This document shows positions 10,376 through 20,100 of a DNA stretch of 64,000 nt, piece by piece. Location: positions 474,970-538,969 of the forward strand of contig JAUJNQ010000001.1 in the NCBI GenBank assembly GCA_030448025.1. Direction: 5' to 3'. The position numbers were made by a program, and so were the translations under genes. Under the pieces are notes generated by a model. That model was given only the letters and a program-made list of their open reading frames with translations. It made no database searches and was not told the origin of the DNA. Within the stretch, counting starts at the first letter, position 1, and each line of letters starts with the position of its first letter. This DNA is from Acidimicrobiales bacterium. GTDB taxonomy: Bacteria; Actinomycetota; Acidimicrobiia; Acidimicrobiales; GCA-2861595.

Positions 10376-11589
10376 CGGACAGGTCGCCCTCGACCGGTCC
10401 ATTGGAGAAGTCGGAGCGCAACCCGCTCAAGGTCGTCGTCGCCCCCGACTCGTTCAAGGGCTCGCTGCCGGCGAAGGAGGTGGCGGAGTCCCTGGCCGCG
10501 GGGCTGAGACTGGTCTGGCCCGAGGCCCGCATCGAGCTCCTCCCGCTGTCCGACGGTGGAGACGGCTGGGTCGAGAGCATGGTCGCCGCCGCCGGCGGCT
10601 CGTTCGTCGAGCTGAGCGTTCGGGGCCCGCTCGAGGATGAGGTGGCGGCTCGCTACGGCGTCATCGACGCCGAGGGCGATGTCACGGCGGTCATCGAGAT
10701 GGCGACGGCGTCGGGTCTGGCTCTGATCGACGAGGAACGGCGAGACCCTCGACGCACCACCACGTACGGCACGGGCGAGCTGATCCGAGACGCCCTCGAT
10801 CGTGGGGCACGACGGCTGCTTGTCGGCATTGGGGGCAGCGCGACCAATGACGGTGGGGCGGGGATGGCGGCGGCCCTCGGGGCGCGCTTCATGGATGAGA
10901 GCGGCGACGAGCTGCCGCCAGGCGGTAGGGCGCTGGCGCACCTCGACAGCTTGGACCTGTCCGGACTCGAACGTCGCCTGGGGGAGGCAGAGATGATCGT
11001 GGCCAGCGACGTCGACAACCCCCTCCTCGGCGATGACGGAGCGTCGGCGGTCTACGGTCCGCAGAAGGGAGCGGGGCCCAAAGCGGTGCGGGAGCTCGAC
11101 GAGGCGCTGTCCCGGTTCGCCGATGTCGTCGAGAACGCGGTAGGGAACGAGATCCGAGATCGCCCGGGAGCGGGGGCGGCCGGTGGCCTCGGGTTCGGGC
11201 TGATGGCGTTCTGCGAAGCGAAGCTGCAGTCGGGGGCGGATCTCGCCCTCGACACCCTTGGAGCGGACCGTGTGCTGGAAGGCGCGGCACTGGTGCTGAC
11301 CGCCGAAGGCCTGCTCGACTCCCAGACGCTGTCGGGGAAGGTTCCGGTGGGGGTGGCGCGCCGGGCCAAGGAACACGGCATCCCGGTGGTTGCCGTCGGC
11401 GGTGCGGTGGAGGCGATGGAGGATCAGACGCTTCGACGCTTCGGTGACGAGGGCATCGTCGTGATCTGCTCGAGCGTGGAGGGTGTCAGGTCGGAGGTGG
11501 ATCTGCTGGATCCCGACGGGACGCGCCGACGGTTGGAGCGAGCTGGAGAGCGGATCGCCCGGCTGGTCGACCTGGGGCGCCGCCTGTGA
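10372..11589 (+). CDS. glxK: Glycerate kinase
   Basis: KVVVAPDSFKGSLPAKEVAESLAAG, LPLSDGGDGWVE, LLVGIGGSATNDGGAGMAAALG and VASDVDNPLLG. Confidence 0.85.
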   Translation: MTDRSPSTGPLEKSERNPLKVVVAPDSFKGSLPAKEVAESLAAGLRLVWPEARIELLPLSDGGDGWVESMVAAAGGSFVELSVRGPLEDEVAARYGVIDAEGDVTAVIEMATASGLALIDEERRDPRRTTTYGTGELIRDALDRGARRLLVGIGGSATNDGGAGMAAALGARFMDESGDELPPGGRALAHLDSLDLSGLERRLGEAEMIVASDVDNPLLGDDGASAVYGPQKGAGPKAVRELDEALSRFADVVENAVGNEIRDRPGAGAAGGLGFGLMAFCEAKLQSGADLALDTLGADRVLEGAALVLTAEGLLDSQTLSGKVPVGVARRAKEHGIPVVAVGGAVEAMEDQTLRRFGDEGIVVICSSVEGVRSEVDLLDPDGTRRRLERAGERIARLVDLGRRL

Positions 11590-11593
11590 GGTC

Positions 11594-14500
11594 TCAGGGC
11601 TGGCGCCCGGTGGCGGGCCAGGGAGCTCCGTCGCCCTCGGTGGCCAGCACCGTGTCGGACCAGACGGACTTGCCGACGTCGGTGACGTGGAGCGCCCTCG
11701 CCGGTGTCGGGTCCGGGGGGAGGAGGTCGAGGATCGGGTCGGCCCGGGGGACGGTGGACTTGACGCCCCCGAACACGAGCCCGGCTCCGGTCTCCACGAG
11801 GATGTCCTTGGCAGAGACCGCGTCGTTCAGGGGATTCCTGTCCAAGCGCTCGGAGAGCGTCTCGGTGAGAACGCCGTTGGAGAACGCGCCGGCCGTCGAG
11901 CCGACGACCTCGGGAATGGCGGCGGCGTAGGGAGAAGTGGCCACCGCCCCCCCGGTCTTCGCCGCGGTGAGCGCCGCATTGCCGACGCCCGAGGAGACGC
12001 CACCCACGACGCCGGCGAAGGCCACGTTCCGGGCGTCGATCGGCCCACCCCTCATCACTTGGACGCTGAGGTTGGAACCCGCTCCGATGAGGACGCCCGC
12101 ACCGACCCCGGCACCAAAGCCGGTGGCAACCATCGCAACGCCGGCGCCGACGACGGCGACTGCGGCGATGACCTCCCAGTGATCCCCGACCCAGCCGGCC
12201 ATGCCTCGCATGGGGGCGGTGACCACCTCGGCCAAGGTTGGATGTGACGCCTTCCAGGCGTCCCATTCTCCGTCGCTGAGGGGCTGCAACCCGAGCGGGT
12301 CGACCCACCCCACAGGGTCGTGGTGGCAGTAGTGGTACGGGTTTGCCACCGTGGTGAGCCCGGGCACGCCGGCCACCGGATCGGGTGAGAGGAACGAGCG
12401 GGTCTCGGGGTCGTAGGCGCGATGGCGGAGCCAGAGCAGCCCGTCGAGCGTCCACTCGCCGCGGAAGCCGGGCTCAGGGCCGGCGCCGGGGTGGCCCGCT
12501 CGCCCCCAAGGGTCGGCAACGGCGCCGATGGGCGAGCCGTCCCAGTCCCTGCTGAGCCACCGGGCTTGGCCGTCGGCCACGACCGCCCATGGCTCGCCGG
12601 CGCCGACAACGCTGCGATCACCGATCCGGCGGAGCTGGGCCACGTTGGCGACCGTGTCCCACCCAAGTGCCTCGCCGTTCAGGCCCACCAGCTCGCCGAG
12701 GGCATTGACGTTGAGCTCGGCGGCGTCCACACCGGCCAGGCGGCCGAACGGATCCCAGCGGTAGCGGCGGGAGCACCCACCACCGGACTCGGCGAGGCGG
12801 CGTCCGGCTCCGTCGTAGGACAGCTCGGTCAGCGAGCCGTGGCGCTCCACGGTGACCAGCCGGTGGCTGGCGTCGTACCCGTAGCGCACGGAGCCCGCCG
12901 GTCCCTCTTCGCCCGCCAGGCGGCCCGCTGCGTCGTAGCGCCAAGTAGTGGCGTCCGCCGCCGCCAGCCGCCCGGCGACGTCGTAGCCGTAGCGGGTCAC
13001 GTTCTGGCCGCGACGGACCTCGATGACCCGCCCGGCCTCGTCGCGCCCGAGCTCGACACGGTGCAGACCGTCCTGGTAGCCCACCAACCGGTGATGCCGC
13101 CAGGCCCAGGACCGCTCCACCCCCGGCGCTCGCAGCGCCACCAGGCGCCCGACGGCATCCCTCGTCAGCTCGATGCGCCCCCCGACGGGATGGGTCAGGG
13201 TGGTCAACCGACCCGCAGCGTCGTGCTCGTAGAGCTCCTCGGTGCCGTCGGGATGGACAAGGACGCTCGGGCGCCCGTCGGCGTCGTAGCGCCAGCGCAA
13301 GGTCCCCGCCGGTCCGTGGCGAGCGGTGAGCCGGCCGGCGGCGTCGCGCTCGAAGCGGTGGTCGCCGGTGTGGTCGACCACCCGTGCGATGCGTCCCAGA
13401 GCATCACGCTCGAAGCTCGCCTGAGTGCCGCCCGCAACCAGGCTCACGAGGGCCGAGGTCCGGTCGAAGCGCAGCTCGTAGCTGCGTCCGTCCGGCTCGA
13501 CGAGCAAGCGGGGGCGACCGGCCTGGTCGTGGTGAAGCCGGGTGACCCGCCCGAGGGCGTCGATGCTGGCCGTGATGCGACCCATCGGGTCGTGCCGGTA
13601 GCGGACGGTGCCCCCGCCGGCGTCGGTTGTCGAGGACAGCAGGCCCCTGACGCCATAGTGGTAGCGGGTGACGCCACCGGCAGCGTCGATGGCCTCGACG
13701 AGCAGACCCCTGCTGTCGTAGCGACGCCGACGGCGACACCCCGTGGCATCGGTTACGTCCACCAGACGCCCCAGCGCGTCGTAGCCGAGCCGCTCGGTTC
13801 CGCCGTCGGGGTGGTGCCGCTCGACGATGCGGCCGCAGGGGTCCCGCAGCAGGCGTGTGACCTCGCCGTCGGGGTGCACGACACCGGTGACCCAGCCGTT
13901 GCAATCGCGGCCGTAGCGAGTGACCGCACCGGTGGGATCGGTGTGGCCCACCACCCGCCCTGCGGCGTCGTAGTGCCACTCGGTGGCGTTCCCGAGGGGA
14001 CTCACCACACGACGGAGCCGGCCGGCAGGCGTGTACTCGTAGCCAGTGGTGTTCCCGCCGGCGTCGGTGACCGACGTGGGGCGGCCGCAACGGTCGCGCT
14101 CGACGACCTCGGTGCCGCCGTCGGGCAGGGTCCGGCGGACGACCCGCCCGCCGTGATCGTAGGCAGTGATCACTTGACGTCCTTCGGCATCGACGGTCCG
14201 CACCACGTTGCCGCGCTGGTCATGGTCGACTCGCCTGGTGTGCCCGAGGGCGTCCGTCGCCCCCACCACCCGACCGTTGGCATCGTGCTCGTAGTGGGTG
14301 GAGCCCCCGGCGGGATCGTGCAGCGCGGTGAGCCTCGAGAGCTCGTCGTAGGTGAGCTCGAACTTCGCCCCGTCGGCGGCAACGATTTGGGCCACGTTGC
14401 CGAGGATGTCGGTCTCGGTGGTGGTGACGGCGCCGAGCGGGTCGACGAAGGCCTGTAGGTCGCCGGCGTGGTCGTGGCGCCACTCGAAGCGGGAGCCGTC

Positions 14501-16321
14501 CGGGGTGGTGCCGCCGGTGGGCCGCCCCGCAGGTGACCACGTCTTCTCCCAGACGGCACCATCGGCGTCGGTGTGCCGGACCAGGCGTCCCGCCTCGTCG
14601 TGCTCGAAGCGCTGCCTCTGGCCCCCCGGGAGCCGGATGGCGGTGATGCGGCCCCCTCGGTCTCGTTCGAGCAGACAGGTGTGGCCCAGCCCGTCAATGA
14701 TCCTCACCGGGAAGCCTTCGGCGTCATGCTCGAAGCCGACCGTCACTCCGTCGGCGTCGGTGATGCGCCGGACGAGATCGCCGTCGGCCTCGACGACGGT
14801 GGCGGCGCCTTCGGGATCGGTGATGCGGCTGGGGAGGACGTCGGCGTGGGAGCCGTAGCCGAGGGTGACGGGGCCGGCGCCGGCGCCGGCGACCTTGGTG
14901 GAGGTGAGACGCCCTTGCTCGTCGTAGGTGTAGAGCTCCTCGGCGCCTCCGGGCAGGACCCGGCGAAGGAGCCGTCCCTCCGGACCGAACTCCTGCGAGG
15001 TGGCGGCGCCGGTGCGGTCGCGGACCGACGTCAGGTTGCCGGACGGGTCGAAGCGGCGGGTGAGCCGACCGCCGTGGTCGTCGACGGCGCCCGTGAGCCG
15101 TCCCCCAGCGTCGTGGAACATGACGACCTTGGGGCCGCCCTCACCGTCGCGAGCCGTGGTAACGGGGCCGGGCCGGTAGTCGTAGGTCGTGTGCAGCCCT
15201 CTGGACGACCGCTGTTCGACGACGCGGCCATCGACGTCATAGGCGTTGCGGGCCAGTTCAACTCCGTCGGCGTCCACCACGGCCAACACCCGCCCCTGCT
15301 CGTCCAGCTCGTAGGTCCGCCGGCCGGCGGGCGCGTCGGAGGCGACCAGGTCCCCGTCGGCGTAGGTGTAGGTGACCGTGCCGTAGGCGCAACCCCGGCC
15401 GTCCGAGGTTCGCACGGCGGTGATTCGCTTGCCCGCCCACTCGAGGTCGAGGCGCCGGCCGGCGTCGTGGGCCATGGCCCGGAGACGACCCTGCTCGTCA
15501 TGGTGGAAGCGAACGCAGCCGGCCGGCCCGAGCACGACCTCCGTCGGCCTTCCGTCGGGGCCGAACCGCCAGCGCTCGCCCCGCCACCAGCGCAGCTCGG
15601 CGCCGGCTTCGCTCTGGACGACCTCGGCCGCGAGGTTCCGGTCGAGCGAGAAGCCGTGCTCGGTACGGGACAGCTCGACCACCTGGCCGTCCGGGCCTTG
15701 GAAACGGGCGCCCCCGGCGGTCAGATGGAGGCGGGTGGTTGCCCATGAGGACCAACCTCGCCCGAGCGGGCCCGGGTGGGGAAAGCGGCTGTTGTGGTTG
15801 CGCATCCAGGTCATCGCCCAGAGTCGAGCAGGCGCAGGCAGGTCGACCTCGGGTTGGACGAAGCTGCCCGTCCCGCAGTTCACGGGGTCGTCCTTGAACC
15901 CCGAGTCCACGGTGAGCCCGGCGGCGGAGGGAGCCTCGACGCTGGTCAGCGCTGGAGCCCGGATGGGCACTCCGGCGGCGGCCAGGCGAGCGTCTATGAC
16001 GGCATCGGCGACGAAGCTGAGCGCCCCACCCGAGCCGGCCTCCCGGAAGGCCCCTGACACGACCTGTGTCCAGTCGGCCTCCACATCCCGGTCAGCGCGG
16101 TGGGCTCGGGCCGACTCGATGGTGTCGCCCAAGTGCTCGAGCCGGGGAGCTGACGCGCCGGACTGAGACGGCGAGGCGATGCCCACGTCGCTGGGCTCGG
16201 CAAGGAACGCCTGGAAGGCGTTCTCGAGCGCAGCGACCCGAGGTGCCAGGTCGGCGTTGAGGTCGCGACTGGTGGAGACGAAATCGTCGAGGGCATCGGG
16301 ATCAGCCGAGCTCGTAGCCAT
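11594..16321 (-). CDS. RHS/YD-repeat protein (1575 aa) with a helical N-terminal domain and a C-terminal glycine-zipper domain
   Basis: ATG at 16321 lies 10 nt after GGAGGA. Dozens of YD repeats (..GRxxxxxDxxGxxxxYxYDxxGRL..). RHS core end YDPETRSFLSPDPVAG...NPYHYCHHDPVGWVDPLGL. A 230-aa tail follows. No signal peptide, PAAR or SpvB/TcdB region is recognisable. Confidence 0.9.
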   Translation of the reverse strand: MATSSADPDALDDFVSTSRDLNADLAPRVAALENAFQAFLAEPSDVGIASPSQSGASAPRLEHLGDTIESARAHRADRDVEADWTQVVSGAFREAGSGGALSFVADAVIDARLAAAGVPIRAPALTSVEAPSAAGLTVDSGFKDDPVNCGTGSFVQPEVDLPAPARLWAMTWMRNHNSRFPHPGPLGRGWSSWATTRLHLTAGGARFQGPDGQVVELSRTEHGFSLDRNLAAEVVQSEAGAELRWWRGERWRFGPDGRPTEVVLGPAGCVRFHHDEQGRLRAMAHDAGRRLDLEWAGKRITAVRTSDGRGCAYGTVTYTYADGDLVASDAPAGRRTYELDEQGRVLAVVDADGVELARNAYDVDGRVVEQRSSRGLHTTYDYRPGPVTTARDGEGGPKVVMFHDAGGRLTGAVDDHGGRLTRRFDPSGNLTSVRDRTGAATSQEFGPEGRLLRRVLPGGAEELYTYDEQGRLTSTKVAGAGAGPVTLGYGSHADVLPSRITDPEGAATVVEADGDLVRRITDADGVTVGFEHDAEGFPVRIIDGLGHTCLLERDRGGRITAIRLPGGQRQRFEHDEAGRLVRHTDADGAVWEKTWSPAGRPTGGTTPDGSRFEWRHDHAGDLQAFVDPLGAVTTTETDILGNVAQIVAADGAKFELTYDELSRLTALHDPAGGSTHYEHDANGRVVGATDALGHTRRVDHDQRGNVVRTVDAEGRQVITAYDHGGRVVRRTLPDGGTEVVERDRCGRPTSVTDAGGNTTGYEYTPAGRLRRVVSPLGNATEWHYDAAGRVVGHTDPTGAVTRYGRDCNGWVTGVVHPDGEVTRLLRDPCGRIVERHHPDGGTERLGYDALGRLVDVTDATGCRRRRRYDSRGLLVEAIDAAGGVTRYHYGVRGLLSSTTDAGGGTVRYRHDPMGRITASIDALGRVTRLHHDQAGRPRLLVEPDGRSYELRFDRTSALVSLVAGGTQASFERDALGRIARVVDHTGDHRFERDAAGRLTARHGPAGTLRWRYDADGRPSVLVHPDGTEELYEHDAAGRLTTLTHPVGGRIELTRDAVGRLVALRAPGVERSWAWRHHRLVGYQDGLHRVELGRDEAGRVIEVRRGQNVTRYGYDVAGRLAAADATTWRYDAAGRLAGEEGPAGSVRYGYDASHRLVTVERHGSLTELSYDGAGRRLAESGGGCSRRYRWDPFGRLAGVDAAELNVNALGELVGLNGEALGWDTVANVAQLRRIGDRSVVGAGEPWAVVADGQARWLSRDWDGSPIGAVADPWGRAGHPGAGPEPGFRGEWTLDGLLWLRHRAYDPETRSFLSPDPVAGVPGLTTVANPYHYCHHDPVGWVDPLGLQPLSDGEWDAWKASHPTLAEVVTAPMRGMAGWVGDHWEVIAAVAVVGAGVAMVATGFGAGVGAGVLIGAGSNLSVQVMRGGPIDARNVAFAGVVGGVSSGVGNAALTAAKTGGAVATSPYAAAIPEVVGSTAGAFSNGVLTETLSERLDRNPLNDAVSAKDILVETGAGLVFGGVKSTVPRADPILDLLPPDPTPARALHVTDVGKSVWSDTVLATEGDGAPWPATGRQP

Positions 16322-16383
16322 GCTTTTGGGATCCTCCGGGCTGGGGCTGCGACCAGTGTGGTGTGGGTACGCGGTGAGCGGGA

Positions 16384-16749
16384 CTAGCCCACGATGCCTT
16401 CGAGGAAGCCTTTGAGGCCCCACCAGCTGCGGTCGTCTTCCTCCTGGCGGGCCTCTACCCGGGCGGCCTGCTCCTCCCCAGCCCACTGTTCTGCGGCCGT
16501 CAGTGCCGCCCGCATGGCGTGGAGTCGGCCGATCAGGCCCTCGGCGTTCTCGTTGTTGGTGGCGAACCGCAGGGTGAACTCGTTCGACTTGTTCCCCCAG
16601 AACTGTTCCTGAGCCCGGCTGCCTACCCGGCGGCGGCTGGAGGACTGGCCATCCAGCAGGTCGGCAAGGCTGGCACAGGCGGCGGCGAGGGCCTGGGCCT
16701 GGGCAGCGGGCCAGCGAACGTCCTCCTGGATGGCCTGCGGCGTTCCCAT
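16384..16749 (-). CDS. Helical 121-aa protein, WXG100-like with a degenerate W-G motif (candidate secretion partner/adaptor)
   Basis: Lies 11 nt downstream of the WXG100 stop and 62 nt upstream of the RHS start. Has Ala/Leu-rich helices flanking EQFWGNKSNEF. Acidic C-terminus. Confidence 0.6.
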   Translation of the reverse strand: MGTPQAIQEDVRWPAAQAQALAAACASLADLLDGQSSSRRRVGSRAQEQFWGNKSNEFTLRFATNNENAEGLIGRLHAMRAALTAAEQWAGEEQAARVEARQEEDDRSWWGLKGFLEGIVG

Positions 16750-16762
16750 CGCAGACGCCCGG

Positions 16763-17038
16763 TCACGAACCGGCGGCCATGATGTCGCCGAGGATCGTGT
16801 CGATGGTGGTCTGGAGCTCGTCCAGCTTGGCCTTTGCCGTCTGCAGGGCCGTGTGGGTGGAGGGCCAGAGGTCGGAGCGGAACTGGATGGCCTTGGGGCC
16901 GTCCCAGTTGTTGGGCTCCGAGAGGAACTGGCCGCAGCCGTCCATCTGGACGATGAGGCCCTCGAGCTGGCCCGTGACCAGGCCCTTGAACTCTGCGACC
17001 TTGGACTTGGCCTCGTCGGTTGCGAGGGTACGGGCCAT
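16763..17038 (-). CDS. WXG100 (ESAT-6-like) family protein, 91 aa
   Basis: ATG at 17038 lies 6 nt after AAAGGAG. Reads MARTLATDEAKSKVAEFKGLVTGQLEGL...EPNNWDGPKAIQF (W-x-G)...LQTAKAKLDELQTTIDTIL. Helix-turn-helix hairpin size. Confidence 0.8.
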   Translation of the reverse strand: MARTLATDEAKSKVAEFKGLVTGQLEGLIVQMDGCGQFLSEPNNWDGPKAIQFRSDLWPSTHTALQTAKAKLDELQTTIDTILGDIMAAGS

Positions 17039-17115
17039 GCGTGGCTCCTTTCGAGCGTCTCTCTGGGGGCGGGGCCACCTTAAGGGCGCCTCAGGCACTT
17101 TACAAGTATTTCATG

Positions 17116-20100
17116 TCATCGTGTACCGATCGAAACCAGAGCCACCTGCAGAACGTCCAGCTCCCCGTCGTGCACGAGGTAGGCGCGTCCCGGTCCCAAG
17201 GCCAGCGCCTGGCGGCGAGGGAGCCTCACGCCGAACAGCTCTCCGTCCAGGTCGGGATCGGGCTGGAACAACAGCCCCGCCCGCGAGCGGCGAACATCCC
17301 TTGTCCAATGGCCGTAGGCGCTGCGGAGCGCGTCGGCCCGGCCCGCCACCACGATGTGGAGATCGCTCCGGCGCATCCCGAGCAGCCGGGCGAACGCACC
17401 GCTGTGGTCATCGATCAGGTCGGCGTCGTCCACGAGGACGAGGTTGGGCCGGTCAGACGTATCCACCACTTCGGCCAGCATGGCCAGTGAGGCGGCATCG
17501 CAGAAGGTGTCATCGAGGTGGGCGCATCCGCGCAGCGGCGACCGCCGGAGGGCCACGCCGGAGATCCGCACGTCAGGGTTGGAGCGGGCGGCGGCGGCGA
17601 GGACGAGCAGCGCGTTGCTCCGCCCGGACCGCGGGGGACCGGCCACCGTCGCATGCTCGCCGTCGTGGAGCGGCAGCCCCGCCGGGGCGAGTGTGGAGTC
17701 GGCGACTCCAAGGCCGAGAACCCAGGGCCGCCCGCCGAGCCGAGTGGCTGTGGTGACCTCGTCGACGCTCACCTCCGCTGGCAGGGAGCCGACCGTGGCC
17801 GGGGGACGAATCGGGACAGGGGCCGAAGCCGCCACTGCGGCAACTGCGGCAGCGAGATCACGACCGGCCCACCCCACCTGCACCACCTGGCCGGTTCCAG
17901 CCATCACCGCTCGCCCGGCTGTGGGACGAGGCAGCTGGTGGGGACGCAGCCCGAATGCTGCCCCGTCAGCCGGGTTGGCCAGCCGGAAGACCCACCGCTG
18001 CTCCACGAGCGACAGCAGCTGGTGGGGGAGGGCCCCGATCCGGTCGGCGGACACGGCGGTGTTGATCCCCACGCTCGGGCCATCGGCCCACACCCTGGCG
18101 AAGTCCTCGTAGACACCGAAGCCGCGGGCCTCGCCGTGTTCCACCAGGAAGGCGGCAATGCCGTCCACGAGCAGCGTCAGCAGCGGCTGTGAACCACGTT
18201 CCTCGGACCGGAGAGAACGCCGGCGGTTGAGCTCGGCGCGGAGGTGGCGGACCAGGCGCATCTGGCGTTCCGGTTGGGAGGCCGTAACGACGCTCCCGAC
18301 GTGCGGGAGCCCGACCAGAGGCCCGAGGTCACCCGCTCCCAGGTCCAGGACGTGAACGTGGCAGTCGTCAGGCGTGGTGGAGGCGGCCAGGGCGAGGGCG
18401 ATGCCGGCCAGCGCCGTAGTGGTGCCGCTCCCGGGGATCCCGAACAGGGCCAGGTTGCCCGCCAAGTCCCAGCCCGTGGGGAACTGGGTCTGGGCGTCCG
18501 GATCGTCGGCCATGGCGAAGCGGAGCAGCGCCGGGCGCCCCGGGCGGCGCCCGTCCGCCACCTCCGCCAGGTCGATCGACGGAGCGAGCGGATCAGGCCA
18601 GGGTCTCCGCTGCGGGGCGAGCCCCCGCTCGCCGGCAGCCCGCGCCACGGCGTCGACCAGGCGGGTGAGATCGCTGGACCGTGAATCCTCGGCCGTCACC
18701 CCACCGGACACAGGGTGGTCCGAGCAACGTGGGTGCAGCACGAAGGGCTCGACCTCGACGGGGAGCCGCTCCTCTTCGGCGCTGTCACCAGTGACCAGTG
18801 CCGCCTGGAAGGCCAGCACCTCGTCGGCGCCCAGCCTCACCAGGGCTCGACCGGGTTGAGCCCGAGGGATGCCGGCGGCATCGGTCACACCGATGACGTC
18901 TGCCGAGTCGGCGGGATCCTGCACCCGGAGCGAGATGCGCACGTTGGTATTGGCCTTGATGGTCGGGCTCACCGCGCCCGAGGGGCGCTGGGTGGCGAGC
19001 ACGAGGTGGACACCGAGGCTCCGGCCCCGCTGGGCGATCCCCACTAGGGCGTCGACGAAGCCGGGCAGCTCGGTGGCCAGGGTGGCGAACTCGTCGATGA
19101 CCACCACGAGCCGGGGCAGTGGCGCCAAGCCGGCTTCGGCCGCTCGACTCGTGTAGTCGGACAGGTCGCTCGCCTGGGCCCCCCTGAGCACCCGCTCCCG
19201 ATGGCGCAGCTCGGCCTCGAGGCAGCGCAGGGCCCGCTCGCCGAGCTGCTCGTCCAGATCGGTGACGAAGCCGACGGTGTGGGGCAGCCGCGAGCACGCC
19301 TCGAAGGCGCTCCCGCCCTTGTAGTCGACCAGGACGAACGTGAGGTGCTCTGGGCTTACCGAGGCTGCCAGGCCCGCCACCAGGCTGCGGAGGAGCTCGC
19401 TCTTCCCCGATCCGGTGGTACCAGCCACCACCCCGTGAGGCCCGTCCCTCACGAGGTCGAGCTCGAAGATGCCGTCCTCACCCAACCCGAGGGGCGTGGC
19501 CGGTCGGGGCCGAGCTCCACCGGCGTACCACCGGCGTACCACGTCGCCGGTCGTGGGGCGCCCCATGCCCAGCAACGGGAGGAGGGCGACGGCGGGAGGA
19601 AGGCCCGCACCGGCCGTGGGTGTCTCCGGATCGTCGAGGCGGGCCAGGCCGCGGGCGACCTGGCGGGCCAGCGGCTCGCTGAGGCCTGCGGCCGACACGT
19701 TCTTCAGCGTCTCTCGCCGCGCCGGGCGATGGACCTCCGTGTCGTGGCCGTCCTCCCCGACGCGCAACACCGTGGTGCACATCGCCGGCAGACGGCGCTC
19801 TTCCCCGGCGATCACGATCCCTGCCACCGGGCCGGCGGCGCCCCGCAGAACCGATCGGGCGAGCGAGGCGCGCCCGGCCACCTGGGACTCGTCGTCGATC
19901 ACGACGAGGCGCACTGGTCCCTTCGGTTCGCGGCCTACCACGGGGCGTGTGGTGACTGGCCCGCTCGGTGCTCCCGGCCGCGCCGCAGCCAGCAGCTCGT
20001 CGAGCATCGCCCTGGACCCGCCCGGGTCGGCGCCCACCCGGTGAGCCCGTGCCCGCTCGGCGTCCCGCAGGTGCGGCGCCCACTTGAGCCAGTCCCAGTC

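Noticed and set aside
12422-14458. 678-aa plus-strand ORF inside the RHS gene
   Set aside because: It is antisense to a gene with clear YD-repeat periodicity. Its translation is Gly/Ala/Pro/Val/Arg-rich and low-complexity, as expected for stop-poor antisense frames in ~70% GC DNA.
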